Program-made: the position numbers and the translations under genes
DNA from: a virus
Strand: one strand, 5' to 3'
DNA length: 64,000 nt
Virus record (IMG/VR): IMGVR_UViG_3300037516_000306
Span: 32,001-96,000 of that record
Notes under the pieces: generated by a model
The model's database searches: none
The model's input: the letters and a program-made list of their open reading frames with translations, nothing else
What the model was told of the DNA's origin: nothing
Shown here: in pieces, positions 48,432-58,162 of the stretch
How the letters are laid out: each line of letters opens with the position of its first letter
Numbering within the stretch: position 1 is the stretch's first letter

Positions 48432-49961
48432 ATGAGCAACAAATTTCTAAGTCTTGACTGGTTCAAGCAAACAGCAGAGAATGCAATAGCTAAAGTGGTA
48501 GCTAACAAATTGGAGAGTTTAATGGAACAAGAAGAACAACAAGCTCCTAATGAAGTGTTTGAGAAACCATTCTTAAACCTTAGATTAGTAAATGATACAC
48601 TAACTGTAGTGTTGAGAGATGGAAGTGTATTGAGTAAGCCTGCAGCAACAGAAGAAGATTATTATGCTATCTCTGAAGCAAAGAGTTTACATGAAATCTA
48701 TGCTATCATTGCTTCTAAAGAAGTGGCAGCTGATGTAGAAGCACTAAGAGCTGAAACAGCTAGAATCAAAGCTTTACAACAGGGTATTCAGTTACTTGCA
48801 GTTCTTCCTGATTTTAGAGTGGAGGGAACAACAGTTTACTTAAATGGTACATCTAGAAGTCTTCCACAATTATTAGTAGAGAAGTTTATTGAAGTGGTAG
48901 ATAAAGTTAGTAATGAACCTTCTCAAGAAGATTTTAATACACAATTAAATCAAGATGATGAGTATGTAGCATTGAAGAACTTCTTCATGTGGTGTTGTCT
49001 AAACCCAAGAGCTGAAGTGGCACATGAGTTATACAGATTCTTAGCAGAGAATTCATTTAGAATTACTAGACAAGGATTTGTTGTAGCATTGAGAAATGTT
49101 GTAACTCTTCATGGATCTCCAGAGCTAGTTCACTTTATCAGTAATGCCTATAACAAGGTGAAAGCTGTATGGAAGAAGAATCCTTCTGAGTACACAGTGT
49201 TCTTAGAAGATGGTGAGTACAAACTTGTACATGATGACAAACTATTCAAAGAAGAAACTCATACAACAACAACATGTCCAGATTGCTTAGGTGATGGTGG
49301 ATGGGAAGATGAAGATAGCTGGGAAGATGGTGAATGGATTGATTGTGAGACATGTGATGGTTCAGGAGAAGTGGAAGAATATACTTACACTGAAACATGG
49401 GCTGTTAATCATGGTGAGAAGATTGGTAGTCTTGTAGATCTTTATCTTGATTTACCTAATAGAGCAGAGAATAGATTTACAGATGATTGGACTAAAACAT
49501 TTGATATCCGTATTGGACAAGTGACTAGTATGCCTAAAGAAGATTGTAACTGGAGTACACAAGATTGTGCTGCTGCAGGATTACACTTTACAGCAGACCA
49601 GATTCACTATGTTGGATGTGGTGATCAATCTGTTATTGTTCTTATCAATCCTATGAAAGTGGTTGGTATTGGTCAACACAAGGGTAGATGCTATGAGTAT
49701 TTACCAATTATGACTGTACCAAGAGAAGAAGCTACCAGAATTCTTCATGATGCTCAGTTTGATACAATACAACTAGATGAAGATTATGCTATTCGTGAAT
49801 TAGAATTCCTTACAGAGAAAGTGAAAGATGGATTTGCAGCTGAGTCTAGAAAGTATGAGTTCAACTTACCAAGTATTTCTGCTGCAGAAATAACTAATAT
49901 TGTTGCAAATCTTAGTGAGATGAAAGCTACGATAAGCAAACGTGTTAGTACAATTAAATAA
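48432..49961 (+). CDS. rIIB: rIIB-like protein with inserted Zn finger
   Basis: Follows rIIA; ELYRFL, ITRQG, CAAAGLH and GRCYEY motifs. Confidence 0.8.
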   Translation: MSNKFLSLDWFKQTAENAIAKVVANKLESLMEQEEQQAPNEVFEKPFLNLRLVNDTLTVVLRDGSVLSKPAATEEDYYAISEAKSLHEIYAIIASKEVAADVEALRAETARIKALQQGIQLLAVLPDFRVEGTTVYLNGTSRSLPQLLVEKFIEVVDKVSNEPSQEDFNTQLNQDDEYVALKNFFMWCCLNPRAEVAHELYRFLAENSFRITRQGFVVALRNVVTLHGSPELVHFISNAYNKVKAVWKKNPSEYTVFLEDGEYKLVHDDKLFKEETHTTTTCPDCLGDGGWEDEDSWEDGEWIDCETCDGSGEVEEYTYTETWAVNHGEKIGSLVDLYLDLPNRAENRFTDDWTKTFDIRIGQVTSMPKEDCNWSTQDCAAAGLHFTADQIHYVGCGDQSVIVLINPMKVVGIGQHKGRCYEYLPIMTVPREEATRILHDAQFDTIQLDEDYAIRELEFLTEKVKDGFAAESRKYEFNLPSISAAEITNIVANLSEMKATISKRVSTIK

Positions 49962-50024
49962 ATAATTAATATAGTTTTGTCGCAAATGTTTACTATATTT
50001 GCGACAGAACTTAATTATAACTAT

Positions 50025-50414
50025 ATGGCAAAGAGAGTGTTAGTCCCAAAGACAAGATGTAATGGTACAATGAGTGAAGCAGCCTTCTGGAGCTTCATAA
50101 GAAGTGCTTTGAGACAGAAGAGTAGATGGTGGAAACCCATATCAGTATGTAAACTAAATGCACGTAGAGACTATAAAGGAATCAATAAACGTCAGAAGTA
50201 TGAGTATCAGTGTAAGAAATGTAAGAAGTGGCATCCAGAGAAACAAATTAACGTGGACCACATCATCCCAGCAGGGAGTTTAAACTGTGCACAAGACTTA
50301 CCTCTGTTTGTTGAAAGATTGTTTTGTGAACAAGATAATCTACAGGTGCTATGTACAACGTGTCATGATAAAAAGACACTTAAAGAGAAAAAATCTAAAA
50401 CTAAAACAAAATGA
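50025..50414 (+). CDS. HNH endonuclease
   Basis: CKKC...VDHIIP...NLQVLCTTCHDKKT; start 50025. Confidence 0.85.
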   Translation: MAKRVLVPKTRCNGTMSEAAFWSFIRSALRQKSRWWKPISVCKLNARRDYKGINKRQKYEYQCKKCKKWHPEKQINVDHIIPAGSLNCAQDLPLFVERLFCEQDNLQVLCTTCHDKKTLKEKKSKTKTK

Positions 50415-50575
50415 TAAAAAATCTTATAAGTAGATGGACAATGGTGAAATTAGCAAGAGCACCATTTTATGATAAAGTGTTAGGTAATACAGTATATTAC
50501 TGGCAAGACTGCTATTTTGAACAATACATGGCTGCATCAAGATGGGGCTTTAGAATTAAATTATATCAATTATGA
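50411..50575 (+). CDS. Small hypothetical protein
   Basis: ATGA-coupled at both ends; MIKNLISRWTMVKL... Confidence 0.5.
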   Translation: MIKNLISRWTMVKLARAPFYDKVLGNTVYYWQDCYFEQYMAASRWGFRIKLYQL

Positions 50576-50802
50576 AAAACGCAATTACAATAAATAGAAC
50601 ACCTGCATTTAATGAGGTGTGGCATGAAGGGCACATAGAGCATGAAGGTAAATACCATTACTTCTGGTTAATACATCCTCAGGGATTAGATAACGGAGGA
50701 GAAGAATATGAACTAGAGGTTAGATGGTTCTTTGCTAGAGTACCAAGGGAGATACGAGCTTTGTATCCACAAATCATTGAAGCATTTAAACAAACACTAT
50801 GA
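50572..50802 (+). CDS. Hypothetical protein
   Basis: ORF track. Confidence 0.6.
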   Translation: MKNAITINRTPAFNEVWHEGHIEHEGKYHYFWLIHPQGLDNGGEEYELEVRWFFARVPREIRALYPQIIEAFKQTL

Positions 50803-50963
50803 TAAAAGGAAAATCACAATCTAGTAAATCTGTAAAGTTTTTACCTTGTGATGAAAACTCACAAGTGTATAGTTGGCAAAGAACCAACAAGAAATCTATG
50901 CAGGTTCCTAAAAAGGAATTTCAAAGACAATTAAAAACATTCAATATAAAAACATTCAGATGA
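50799..50963 (+). CDS. Small basic protein
   Basis: ATGA-coupled at both ends; MIKGKSQSSKSVKF... Confidence 0.45.
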   Translation: MIKGKSQSSKSVKFLPCDENSQVYSWQRTNKKSMQVPKKEFQRQLKTFNIKTFR

Positions 50964-52015
50964 TAAAAGGAACAGCAAAAACAGAAGCTCAATACAGAGC
51001 AGTGGTTATGGATTCATCCAGTAGCCTAAAAGATTTCTCTACAGATAGAAAGAAGTATTACAAGAAGTATTTCCTTGGAGAGAAGGTAGAAGACAAAGAT
51101 AGCTCAGCAGCTAATATGGGACGCATAGTCGAAACCCTACTTATGGAACCACATCTATTTGATGATAAGTTCTATATGTCATCTTGTGCTTCTACACCAA
51201 CAGGACTTATGTTAGATTTTGTTGAAGCGTTGTATCGTGTAACAAGAGATGCTACAGATGAAGAAGGTAAAATTACTAGAGACTTTGCAGACATATCTTT
51301 AGAAGCTTATAATATATCAGGATTCAAGATTAAGTATGAAGCTGTTATTGGTAAGTTCATAGGAAGTGAAGCTGAGATCTATTATAATGAAATCAGAAGA
51401 GTGAGAACACTTAATCTAACTGTGGTTAACACTACAGAGATATCAGTAGCTGAGAAGATTGTAGAAAGACTTAAGACTAATAGTACTACAGGACCAATTG
51501 TAAACATGGTTAATAGTTCTAGATATGAAGTGATTGATCAAATGCAAGTAGAAGGATATACAATTGATGGACATAAGTTCAAGAGTATGTTAGATAAAGT
51601 GGTGATTGATCATGATAAGAAGATTATTCAACCTTACGATCTTAAGTGCACATGGAGTGTAGAGAACTTCTATGAAGAGTATTACTTGTACAGAAGAGCG
51701 TACATTCAAGCGTACTTATATTACTTTGCAATGTTACATCTTGTAAAAGATGAAGATAGTCCTTATCATGGATATGTAGTAGAATATCTAAAGTTTATTG
51801 TATGTGATAGCACTAATTACTATCAACCTCTTATATATACATTAGGCATTGATGATATGGGAGATGCGTACAAAGGATTTGTACACAAAGGAAGAACTTA
51901 TCCTGGTGTACAAGATTTAATAGCTGCATTGAGTTGGTGTATTGAAACAGGAACATGGGATATAAGCCACAAAAATTATTTGTCTAACGGAGTAGTTAAT
52001 ATTAAAGGAGCATAA
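50960..52015 (+). CDS. PD-(D/E)xK exonuclease (RecE/ExoVIII-like)
   Basis: SSSSLK, KSMLD...YDLKCT and YIQAYLY motifs. Confidence 0.8.
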   Translation: MIKGTAKTEAQYRAVVMDSSSSLKDFSTDRKKYYKKYFLGEKVEDKDSSAANMGRIVETLLMEPHLFDDKFYMSSCASTPTGLMLDFVEALYRVTRDATDEEGKITRDFADISLEAYNISGFKIKYEAVIGKFIGSEAEIYYNEIRRVRTLNLTVVNTTEISVAEKIVERLKTNSTTGPIVNMVNSSRYEVIDQMQVEGYTIDGHKFKSMLDKVVIDHDKKIIQPYDLKCTWSVENFYEEYYLYRRAYIQAYLYYFAMLHLVKDEDSPYHGYVVEYLKFIVCDSTNYYQPLIYTLGIDDMGDAYKGFVHKGRTYPGVQDLIAALSWCIETGTWDISHKNYLSNGVVNIKGA

Positions 52016-52578
52016 TGATAAAGAAAACAATAACTAGCATATTTATAGTTCCAACACTAAAGTTTCCAAAAGATTCTTTGAAGAGTAATGGATTTATAAA
52101 TGGCTATATTAAAGATGATAGAAGAGATGCACAGTATGAAAATGCTGTGTACATTCTATTTAAACCTGATGATCTGGATAAGTTTAGAGAGTTTCTTGAT
52201 AGTGAATATGAACGAACAAAGAATGTCATAGAAGATTATGATTATGAAGATGGATTTGTTGTAGTGGTATATGAACTAGATAAGAAATACAAGAAAGATT
52301 ATGAACTTGTAAGAGCAGGTAAATATTCCCAAACATCAAAAGCATTTCAAAATGAATTCCCAAAGTCTGTCAAGATTGTAAAATCAGGACTTAGTAAAGA
52401 TGAAATCTCTTTGCAAACTAGAATATTTAAAAAGAGTCAAGATCTTGTAGAATTCTGGGAAGATAAATTAGGTATTACATTTGAAGATGATTATGAGGTG
52501 TGGGATGGATTCGATGAATCAAAGGAAATTTTAGAAATTGATAAAATAAAAGAATTATGTCTAACAGAGAAATCTTAG
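52015..52578 (+). CDS. Hypothetical protein
   Basis: Coupled ORF; GKYS motif. Confidence 0.65.
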   Translation: MIKKTITSIFIVPTLKFPKDSLKSNGFINGYIKDDRRDAQYENAVYILFKPDDLDKFREFLDSEYERTKNVIEDYDYEDGFVVVVYELDKKYKKDYELVRAGKYSQTSKAFQNEFPKSVKIVKSGLSKDEISLQTRIFKKSQDLVEFWEDKLGITFEDDYEVWDGFDESKEILEIDKIKELCLTEKS

Positions 52579-52760
52579 AATTAATAATAGAAGAGTTTGG
52601 AGTGGAGAAAGCCACTCAGTTTTGTGAAATAGCTGCAACAATGTATGATATAAAATACAATGCGGCTAAAGAGTTAGAACCACTAAGTGAATATGACTTT
52701 GAAAGAGTTTGGTGGTTAGATACGTATATAGAACTTAATAAAGAATTAGAAATAGAATAA
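52557..52760 (+). CDS. Hypothetical protein
   Basis: ORF track. Confidence 0.55.
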   Translation: MSNREILELIIEEFGVEKATQFCEIAATMYDIKYNAAKELEPLSEYDFERVWWLDTYIELNKELEIE

Positions 52761-52761
52761 T

Positions 52762-53145
52762 ATGAAAGGATTAGAATTATTAGAAAAACATGCACTATCT
52801 GCTGAAATTGTTAGAGCTTGGTTTATGGAGAGAATGATTGAATCATTTAAAGATGAAAATGTACCTGATGAATTTAAAGATTTCATGCGTGAGCAAGGAA
52901 TAGATAATGATAAGTTAGGAACTATGATTGATGTTAATCCTAGAATGTTATTAGATGTGTTTGATGCTAATGATATAATAATAGAAACTTCATTATATCC
53001 TAATGGAGAATTCACAATTAAAATTGGTAATCAAGCAACAACTAACTCTTGGAAGACAAGAAAGGAAGCAGAGATATTTGCTATAGATGTTGCATTTGAT
53101 ATCTTAGAGAACAAATTATCTCCAAAAGAAGAAGAAATAAATTAG
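52762..53145 (+). CDS. Hypothetical protein
   Basis: ORF track. Confidence 0.65.
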   Translation: MKGLELLEKHALSAEIVRAWFMERMIESFKDENVPDEFKDFMREQGIDNDKLGTMIDVNPRMLLDVFDANDIIIETSLYPNGEFTIKIGNQATTNSWKTRKEAEIFAIDVAFDILENKLSPKEEEIN

Positions 53146-53194
53146 GAATAATCAGGGAGATGAATTATATTTGTCTCCCTAAAATTAAAAAACC

Positions 53195-53530
53195 ATGAGA
53201 ACAACAAAAGAATTTAATGAGAAGTACAAAGCATATTTAGATGGTGAATCTGGAATGCTTATAGAACTTCCATCTGTATTAGCATATGTTGACCAAATAT
53301 TTAATGACCTTACGTGGATCCCTGGATTTCTATATAATGAAATCACTACAAGACATGGGTTAGCTAAAGTGCATACAAATCTACAAGAGGTTATGCCATT
53401 TGCTGGAAGAATATTAGAACAAGAACTTGAAGAAAAAATCAATTTTATTCTGAAAGTGGAATACGAGATAGAACATAGATTAGCAAGCTTAAACCTAGAC
53501 AGAGATGGAAAAAGTATTCAACAAGTATAA
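53195..53530 (+). CDS. Hypothetical protein
   Basis: ORF track; A-rich leader. Confidence 0.6.
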   Translation: MRTTKEFNEKYKAYLDGESGMLIELPSVLAYVDQIFNDLTWIPGFLYNEITTRHGLAKVHTNLQEVMPFAGRILEQELEEKINFILKVEYEIEHRLASLNLDRDGKSIQQV

Positions 53531-53750
53531 GAAAATGCTAATAGTGCACCCAAAGTATCAAGGATACGTTTGTGGATACACAGATGCTCACATCATTCTA
53601 GCTATAGAAACTACTAGTAAAGACTTCTTTAGAAAACTAGAAAATCCAAACATCTTAGAAGAGTATAAAGATGTTAAATACAGATATGTACTAGAAGATG
53701 AAAGAGAACTAATTAAACAATCTATCAATGAAAGGAATAAAAGAAGTTAG
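53505..53750 (+). CDS. Hypothetical protein
   Basis: ORF track. Confidence 0.55.
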   Translation: MEKVFNKYKKMLIVHPKYQGYVCGYTDAHIILAIETTSKDFFRKLENPNILEEYKDVKYRYVLEDERELIKQSINERNKRS

Positions 53751-54021
53751 GTATTATAATATTCCTGAAATGGCTTTTATGTTAAGTATGTCTGAAAAAT
53801 CTGTAAGAAACAAAATTAGTAAGTTCAGGATAAAAAGAGATAGAACTAATGGACCAAAAGGAATTGGTTTATATACGTATGAACAACTAGAATTGTTACG
53901 TGGTGATAGAAGATTAAAAAGTTTAGAACGTGATTTTTCATATGAAAGACTATTATATCAACGTCATCAAACACCAGTAGTAATAACCTATCATATTTAT
54001 GAATCTAAAATGAATAAGTAA
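53728..54021 (+). CDS. HTH DNA-binding protein
   Basis: YNIPEMAFMLSMSEKSVRNKI. Confidence 0.6.
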   Translation: MKGIKEVRYYNIPEMAFMLSMSEKSVRNKISKFRIKRDRTNGPKGIGLYTYEQLELLRGDRRLKSLERDFSYERLLYQRHQTPVVITYHIYESKMNK

Positions 54022-54022
54022 A

Positions 54023-54196
54023 ATGGCTAATAAAAAAGAATTTATATTAGGAAGAGATTATTATCTAGAAGATGGTAGAATACATTTTACTAAAGAGTAT
54101 TTAATAAAGAGAGGTCCATGTTGTGGAAATGAATGTAGACATTGTCCTTATGATAAAAGTGAAAAAGGAAATACATCACTTAGAACAAGTGAATAA
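54023..54196 (+). CDS. DUF5522-like Cys-rich small protein
   Basis: Not in ORF track; DYYLEDG..HFT...LIKRGPCCGNECRHCPY. Confidence 0.75.
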   Translation: MANKKEFILGRDYYLEDGRIHFTKEYLIKRGPCCGNECRHCPYDKSEKGNTSLRTSE

Positions 54197-54226
54197 AGAG
54201 TTCTGTTCTGTTTTTTAATTGTGGAG

Positions 54227-54255
54227 AAGGCCCTGGAGAAATCTGGGGCTTTTTT
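54227..54255 (+). terminator. Intrinsic terminator
   Basis: AAGGCCCTGGA-GAAA-TCTGGGGCTT followed by TTTT. Confidence 0.75.
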
Positions 54256-54325
54256 ATCCTTAAGTGGTATGTAAGGATTTCTTACACACTAGTCAAGTAA
54301 ATGATGGAAAAAACCTGACATTTTA

Positions 54326-54357
54326 CTTGCAAAAAAGCAGAAAAATCATTAACTTTA
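54326..54357 (+). promoter_or_regulatory. Promoter for recA operon
   Basis: CTTG-N20-TAACTTTA. Confidence 0.45.
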
Positions 54358-54378
54358 AACAATTAAAAATCAATAAAA

Positions 54379-55428
54379 ATGGCAGTAAAAAAAGTAGTAA
54401 AAGAGGCTGATAGCAAATGTCTAGCAGCAATCGAAAGTTTAAACAAGAAGTATGGTGTTGGTTCAATTCTAGCACTAGACTCTAAAGCAGGAGGAGATTA
54501 TGATGTAATCAGTACAGGTAGTATTGGATTTGATCATATCACTCTTGGTGTAGGAGGATTTGTAAAAGGTAAGCTATATGAGCTTATGGGATGGGAAGGT
54601 ACAGGTAAATCTACAATTTGTGGTCATGCTGCTGCAGAATGTCAGAAAGCTGGTGGTACTGTATTGTACATCGATGGTGAGCACGCTGTTGATAAGAACT
54701 ATTTCAAGAAACTAGGAGTGGATACAACTAAGATGTTGATTGCTCAACCATCATGTGGTGAGGAGGGTTTCAACATTGCTATGGAGATGATTAATACTGG
54801 AGAGATTGATCTTGTGATCATCGATTCAGATAGCTCATTGATCCCTAAGAAGATGCTTGATGGTGATGTAGGTGATTCTACTATCGGTAGAAAAGCTTTA
54901 TTAAACAGTAATGCATATCCAAAACTAAAGGGAGCTCTATCACAACATAATGTATGTGTGATTGTAATCTCTCAGTATCGTGAGAAGATTGGTGTTATGT
55001 TTGGTAATCCTACAACAACTCAGGGAGGTCATGCTCTTAAGTTCTACAGTGATGTAAGAATAGAAGTGAGCAGAACTCTTGCTAAAGATGGTGATGTAAA
55101 CTACGGTAATATCACTAAGCTAAAAGCTATCAAGAATAAGATGTCTCCTCCGTATAGAAAATCAGAATTTGAGATAGTGTATGGTAAGGGTATAGATGTT
55201 CTTGATGAGATGATGAGTCTTCTTAATGAGTTTGAGTTAGGACGTAAGTATGGTAAAACTATGACTGTAGATGGAACTAAGTATGACTTAGAAGAATTCA
55301 AACAGCTTGTTGTAGACAATCCAGAGTTCTATGATGAACTAAGAGAGAAGATTGTAGCTGCAATCAATCAAACTGATCTTCCTGTTGAGGAAGTGGAAGT
55401 GGAAGAAGAAATTGAGGACGAACTATAA
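54379..55428 (+). CDS. recA: RecA recombinase
   Basis: ISTGS, GWEGTGKST, IDGEHAVD, GVMFGNPTTTQGGHALKFY and KNK motifs. Confidence 0.95.
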   Translation: MAVKKVVKEADSKCLAAIESLNKKYGVGSILALDSKAGGDYDVISTGSIGFDHITLGVGGFVKGKLYELMGWEGTGKSTICGHAAAECQKAGGTVLYIDGEHAVDKNYFKKLGVDTTKMLIAQPSCGEEGFNIAMEMINTGEIDLVIIDSDSSLIPKKMLDGDVGDSTIGRKALLNSNAYPKLKGALSQHNVCVIVISQYREKIGVMFGNPTTTQGGHALKFYSDVRIEVSRTLAKDGDVNYGNITKLKAIKNKMSPPYRKSEFEIVYGKGIDVLDEMMSLLNEFELGRKYGKTMTVDGTKYDLEEFKQLVVDNPEFYDELREKIVAAINQTDLPVEEVEVEEEIEDEL

Positions 55429-55634
55429 TGGAAGATAAAATAGTTGAAGCGGTAAGAGCTGATCTATTGCAGAGATCTCAAGTGGGTATTAAGAAATATA
55501 ATACTACACTTGAGAGAACTGATTTAGATCTCAAAGATTGGTTACAGCATTCCTATGAAGAATGCTTAGACATGTGTAATTACTTAAAGAGAAGTATAAT
55601 AGAACTAGAGAACAATGAGAGAGTACAAAAATAG
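55428..55634 (+). CDS. Small all-alpha phage protein (NTP-PPase-like)
   Basis: GIKKYNTTL...WLQHSYEE..D...YL. Confidence 0.5.
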   Translation: MEDKIVEAVRADLLQRSQVGIKKYNTTLERTDLDLKDWLQHSYEECLDMCNYLKRSIIELENNERVQK

Positions 55635-56394
55635 ATATGGTGATCTATTCACCTTTACAGAAGATGATAACCATGATGTATTATGGGAAGGTAACTTTGA
55701 ATTCTGTAGAATAGGTATGCCTAATGATTACACTAGAGCATATGAAGCATATTTAAAAGATAATGAGGGTAAGCAGTCGCTTATGACATTAACTCAATTT
55801 AAAAGTGCTGTACATCATTATGATGATGAAACTCTTAGCTATGACTATCCTGAATACATTCAGATGGTTGATTGTTTAAGAGATGAAATAGAGATGGTTG
55901 ATCCTAGTGGTGGGCCCTATTTAAGTAGAGGTATGTCTTTAGATAGTCTTGTATTTAAAAAGTTTACAATCAAAGACTTTGAAAAGATTGATACTGGATA
56001 CAAGATTATTACAGAGAAATGTCCTTATTGCAATCAAGCAAATGGTCATAAAATGAGTTGTTCAACACAAAAAATACAAATACATATGAGAAATTACGGT
56101 GAATTAGAAGCTCTTGTTATAGCATGGGCAACCCAGAAGGGTATTATAGAGAATGGTACAGCAATAGCTCAAGCTAGTAAAACAATTGAGGAAGTGAATG
56201 AACTTGTTCAGGCTATCACTGTTGATGATAGAGAAGAGATAATTGATGCTCTGGGTGATATACTTGTTACAATCATTATACAAGCAGAGATGCAAGGATT
56301 GAAGCTTACAGACTGTTTAGAGAGTGCATACAATGTAATCTCTAAGCGTACAGGTAAGATGGTTAATGGTCAATTTGTGAAAGATGCAAAGTAA
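55615..56394 (+). CDS. Hypothetical domain fused to MazG-like NTP pyrophosphatase
   Basis: C-terminal KTIEEVNEL...DALGDILVT...AYNVISKRTGK; internal ATG at 56086. Confidence 0.75.
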   Translation: MREYKNRYGDLFTFTEDDNHDVLWEGNFEFCRIGMPNDYTRAYEAYLKDNEGKQSLMTLTQFKSAVHHYDDETLSYDYPEYIQMVDCLRDEIEMVDPSGGPYLSRGMSLDSLVFKKFTIKDFEKIDTGYKIITEKCPYCNQANGHKMSCSTQKIQIHMRNYGELEALVIAWATQKGIIENGTAIAQASKTIEEVNELVQAITVDDREEIIDALGDILVTIIIQAEMQGLKLTDCLESAYNVISKRTGKMVNGQFVKDAK

Positions 56395-56581
56395 TCTAAC
56401 ACTAAATGATATATGTAAGAAATGTGGGGGGTACAAGTTTGCTCCCTACAATTCTAATCTATCAGCTACAGTGAGACTGTGTCATTGTACAGAGATTAAA
56501 AAAGAACCATTGCTGTTTCCTAAAGCAATATTACTAGAGCCAAAAGTAACTAAGCTTAATACAGAAGATGATGAAATGTAA
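56384..56581 (+). CDS. Small Cys-containing protein
   Basis: CKKC and CHC motifs. Confidence 0.45.
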   Translation: MQSNLTLNDICKKCGGYKFAPYNSNLSATVRLCHCTEIKKEPLLFPKAILLEPKVTKLNTEDDEM

Positions 56582-56966
56582 AACTTGTGGAAAGAATTCT
56601 GATAGCGACTATTGCTTTCAGCATAAACCCAGAAAACCATTATCAAGTGGGATAAAACCATCATTAACTACAAAAAAGAAGGTTAGTGATGGAACTTCCT
56701 ATCAAATGAGAGAAATGTTTCTGGATATATGGAAGAAGAAGCCACATAAATCAGAGGTGAGTGGTGTATATTTAGGGAAAGAACCTATGTCTACATACTT
56801 CCATCATATTTTAGCAAAAGAAAAATACCCAGAAGCTTGTTTAGATGAAGAAAATATTATACTTTTGACACTTGAGGAGCATTCTAACGTTGAAAATGAT
56901 ATGTATAGATATGAGGAGGTTAACAATAGACGTAACCAATTAAACCTTAAATATGAAAGAACCTAA
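56568..56966 (+). CDS. HNH-like nuclease with N-terminal Zn finger
   Basis: CKTC..YC..H; FHHIL.K..YP...NIILLT..EH. Confidence 0.6.
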   Translation: MMKCKTCGKNSDSDYCFQHKPRKPLSSGIKPSLTTKKKVSDGTSYQMREMFLDIWKKKPHKSEVSGVYLGKEPMSTYFHHILAKEKYPEACLDEENIILLTLEEHSNVENDMYRYEEVNNRRNQLNLKYERT

Positions 56967-57600
56967 CAGGGAACGTAAGAGTGACATTAAATATGCTGTC
57001 ACACTTAATGAAGAACAGAAGCTCGCTAAACAGTTAATAATAGATAACCAAATAGTTATTGTTACTGGTAGAGCAGGAAGTGGTAAGTCCTTAGTATGTG
57101 CTCAAGCAGCTTTAGATTTCTTAATGAAGAAGCAATGTAACCACATCTATGTTACAAGAGCTACAATCGAAGTGGGAAGTTCATTAGGGTTCTTACCTGG
57201 TGATTTAGAAGATAAGTTTAATCCATATCTTGAGGCCTTTCAAGAAAACTTAGAGAAATGTTATGATAAAGTTAAGATTCAGGAGCTGGTTAAGGCAAAA
57301 AAAGTGGTCGCTTATCCTGTGCAGTTTATACGTGGTAAGACTATTGATGATGTGTTGGTGGTGGAAGAAGCACAGAACCTGTCAAAAGGGGAAATGCTCG
57401 CTATACTAACAAGACTTGGTAAAACTGGAAAGATTATTATCAACGGTGATAATGAACAGAAAGACATTAAGGAATCATACACTGGTCTATCATATGCTAT
57501 AGATATTTCAAAAAAAATAGAAGGTATAGAATGGATCAAACTTAAAGCTAATCACAGAAGTGATCTTGTAGGTAAAATATTAGATAACGAATACAATTAA
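56953..57600 (+). CDS. phoH: PhoH-like ATPase
   Basis: GRAGSGKS, LGFLPGDL, FIRGKT, EEAQN and LTRLG motifs. Confidence 0.92.
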   Translation: MKEPNRERKSDIKYAVTLNEEQKLAKQLIIDNQIVIVTGRAGSGKSLVCAQAALDFLMKKQCNHIYVTRATIEVGSSLGFLPGDLEDKFNPYLEAFQENLEKCYDKVKIQELVKAKKVVAYPVQFIRGKTIDDVLVVEEAQNLSKGEMLAILTRLGKTGKIIINGDNEQKDIKESYTGLSYAIDISKKIEGIEWIKLKANHRSDLVGKILDNEYN

Positions 57601-57604
57601 AATA

Positions 57605-57868
57605 ATGAGTATAGAAGTATTAAAATTTAGTGCAACATGGTGTGGCCCATGTAGAGTGTTAGCTAACACATTAAAAGATGTTGAAGGAATTACAGCTATT
57701 GATATAGAGAAAGATCAAGAAACTGCAAGAAAGTATGGAATCAGAAGTGTACCTACTCTTGTATTCCTAAAAGATGGTAAAGAAGTACATAGACAATCTG
57801 GTAATATGCCATTGAGTATGTACGAGAACATCTTGAATGATATTAAATTTTCCAAAGAACTTAAATAA
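57605..57868 (+). CDS. trxA: Thioredoxin
   Basis: WCGPC and IRSVPT motifs. Confidence 0.92.
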   Translation: MSIEVLKFSATWCGPCRVLANTLKDVEGITAIDIEKDQETARKYGIRSVPTLVFLKDGKEVHRQSGNMPLSMYENILNDIKFSKELK

Positions 57869-57882
57869 TTAAAACAACAAAT

Positions 57883-58158
57883 ATGAAAAACCAATTTTTT
57901 TACACAGCTACTATTAACAATAAGGAGTATATAGCTTCCTTAAATGTTAACAAGGTGATTAGAACCTTAGAGAATGATGCAGCAGGGCTTATTATCATTC
58001 TAGATGATTTCAATGAAAGAGTTACACAACAACCAGACATTGATATCAAGACTAACAAGATGAAGGGATTCAAGAGTGTTAGAGAAACAGTTCAGTCAGA
58101 GATTGAATTGAATGCAGAAGATGCAGAAAGATTTATTAAACTATTTGAAATTTTATAA
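57883..58158 (+). CDS. Hypothetical protein
   Basis: ORF track. Confidence 0.65.
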   Translation: MKNQFFYTATINNKEYIASLNVNKVIRTLENDAAGLIIILDDFNERVTQQPDIDIKTNKMKGFKSVRETVQSEIELNAEDAERFIKLFEIL

Positions 58159-58162
58159 AACC

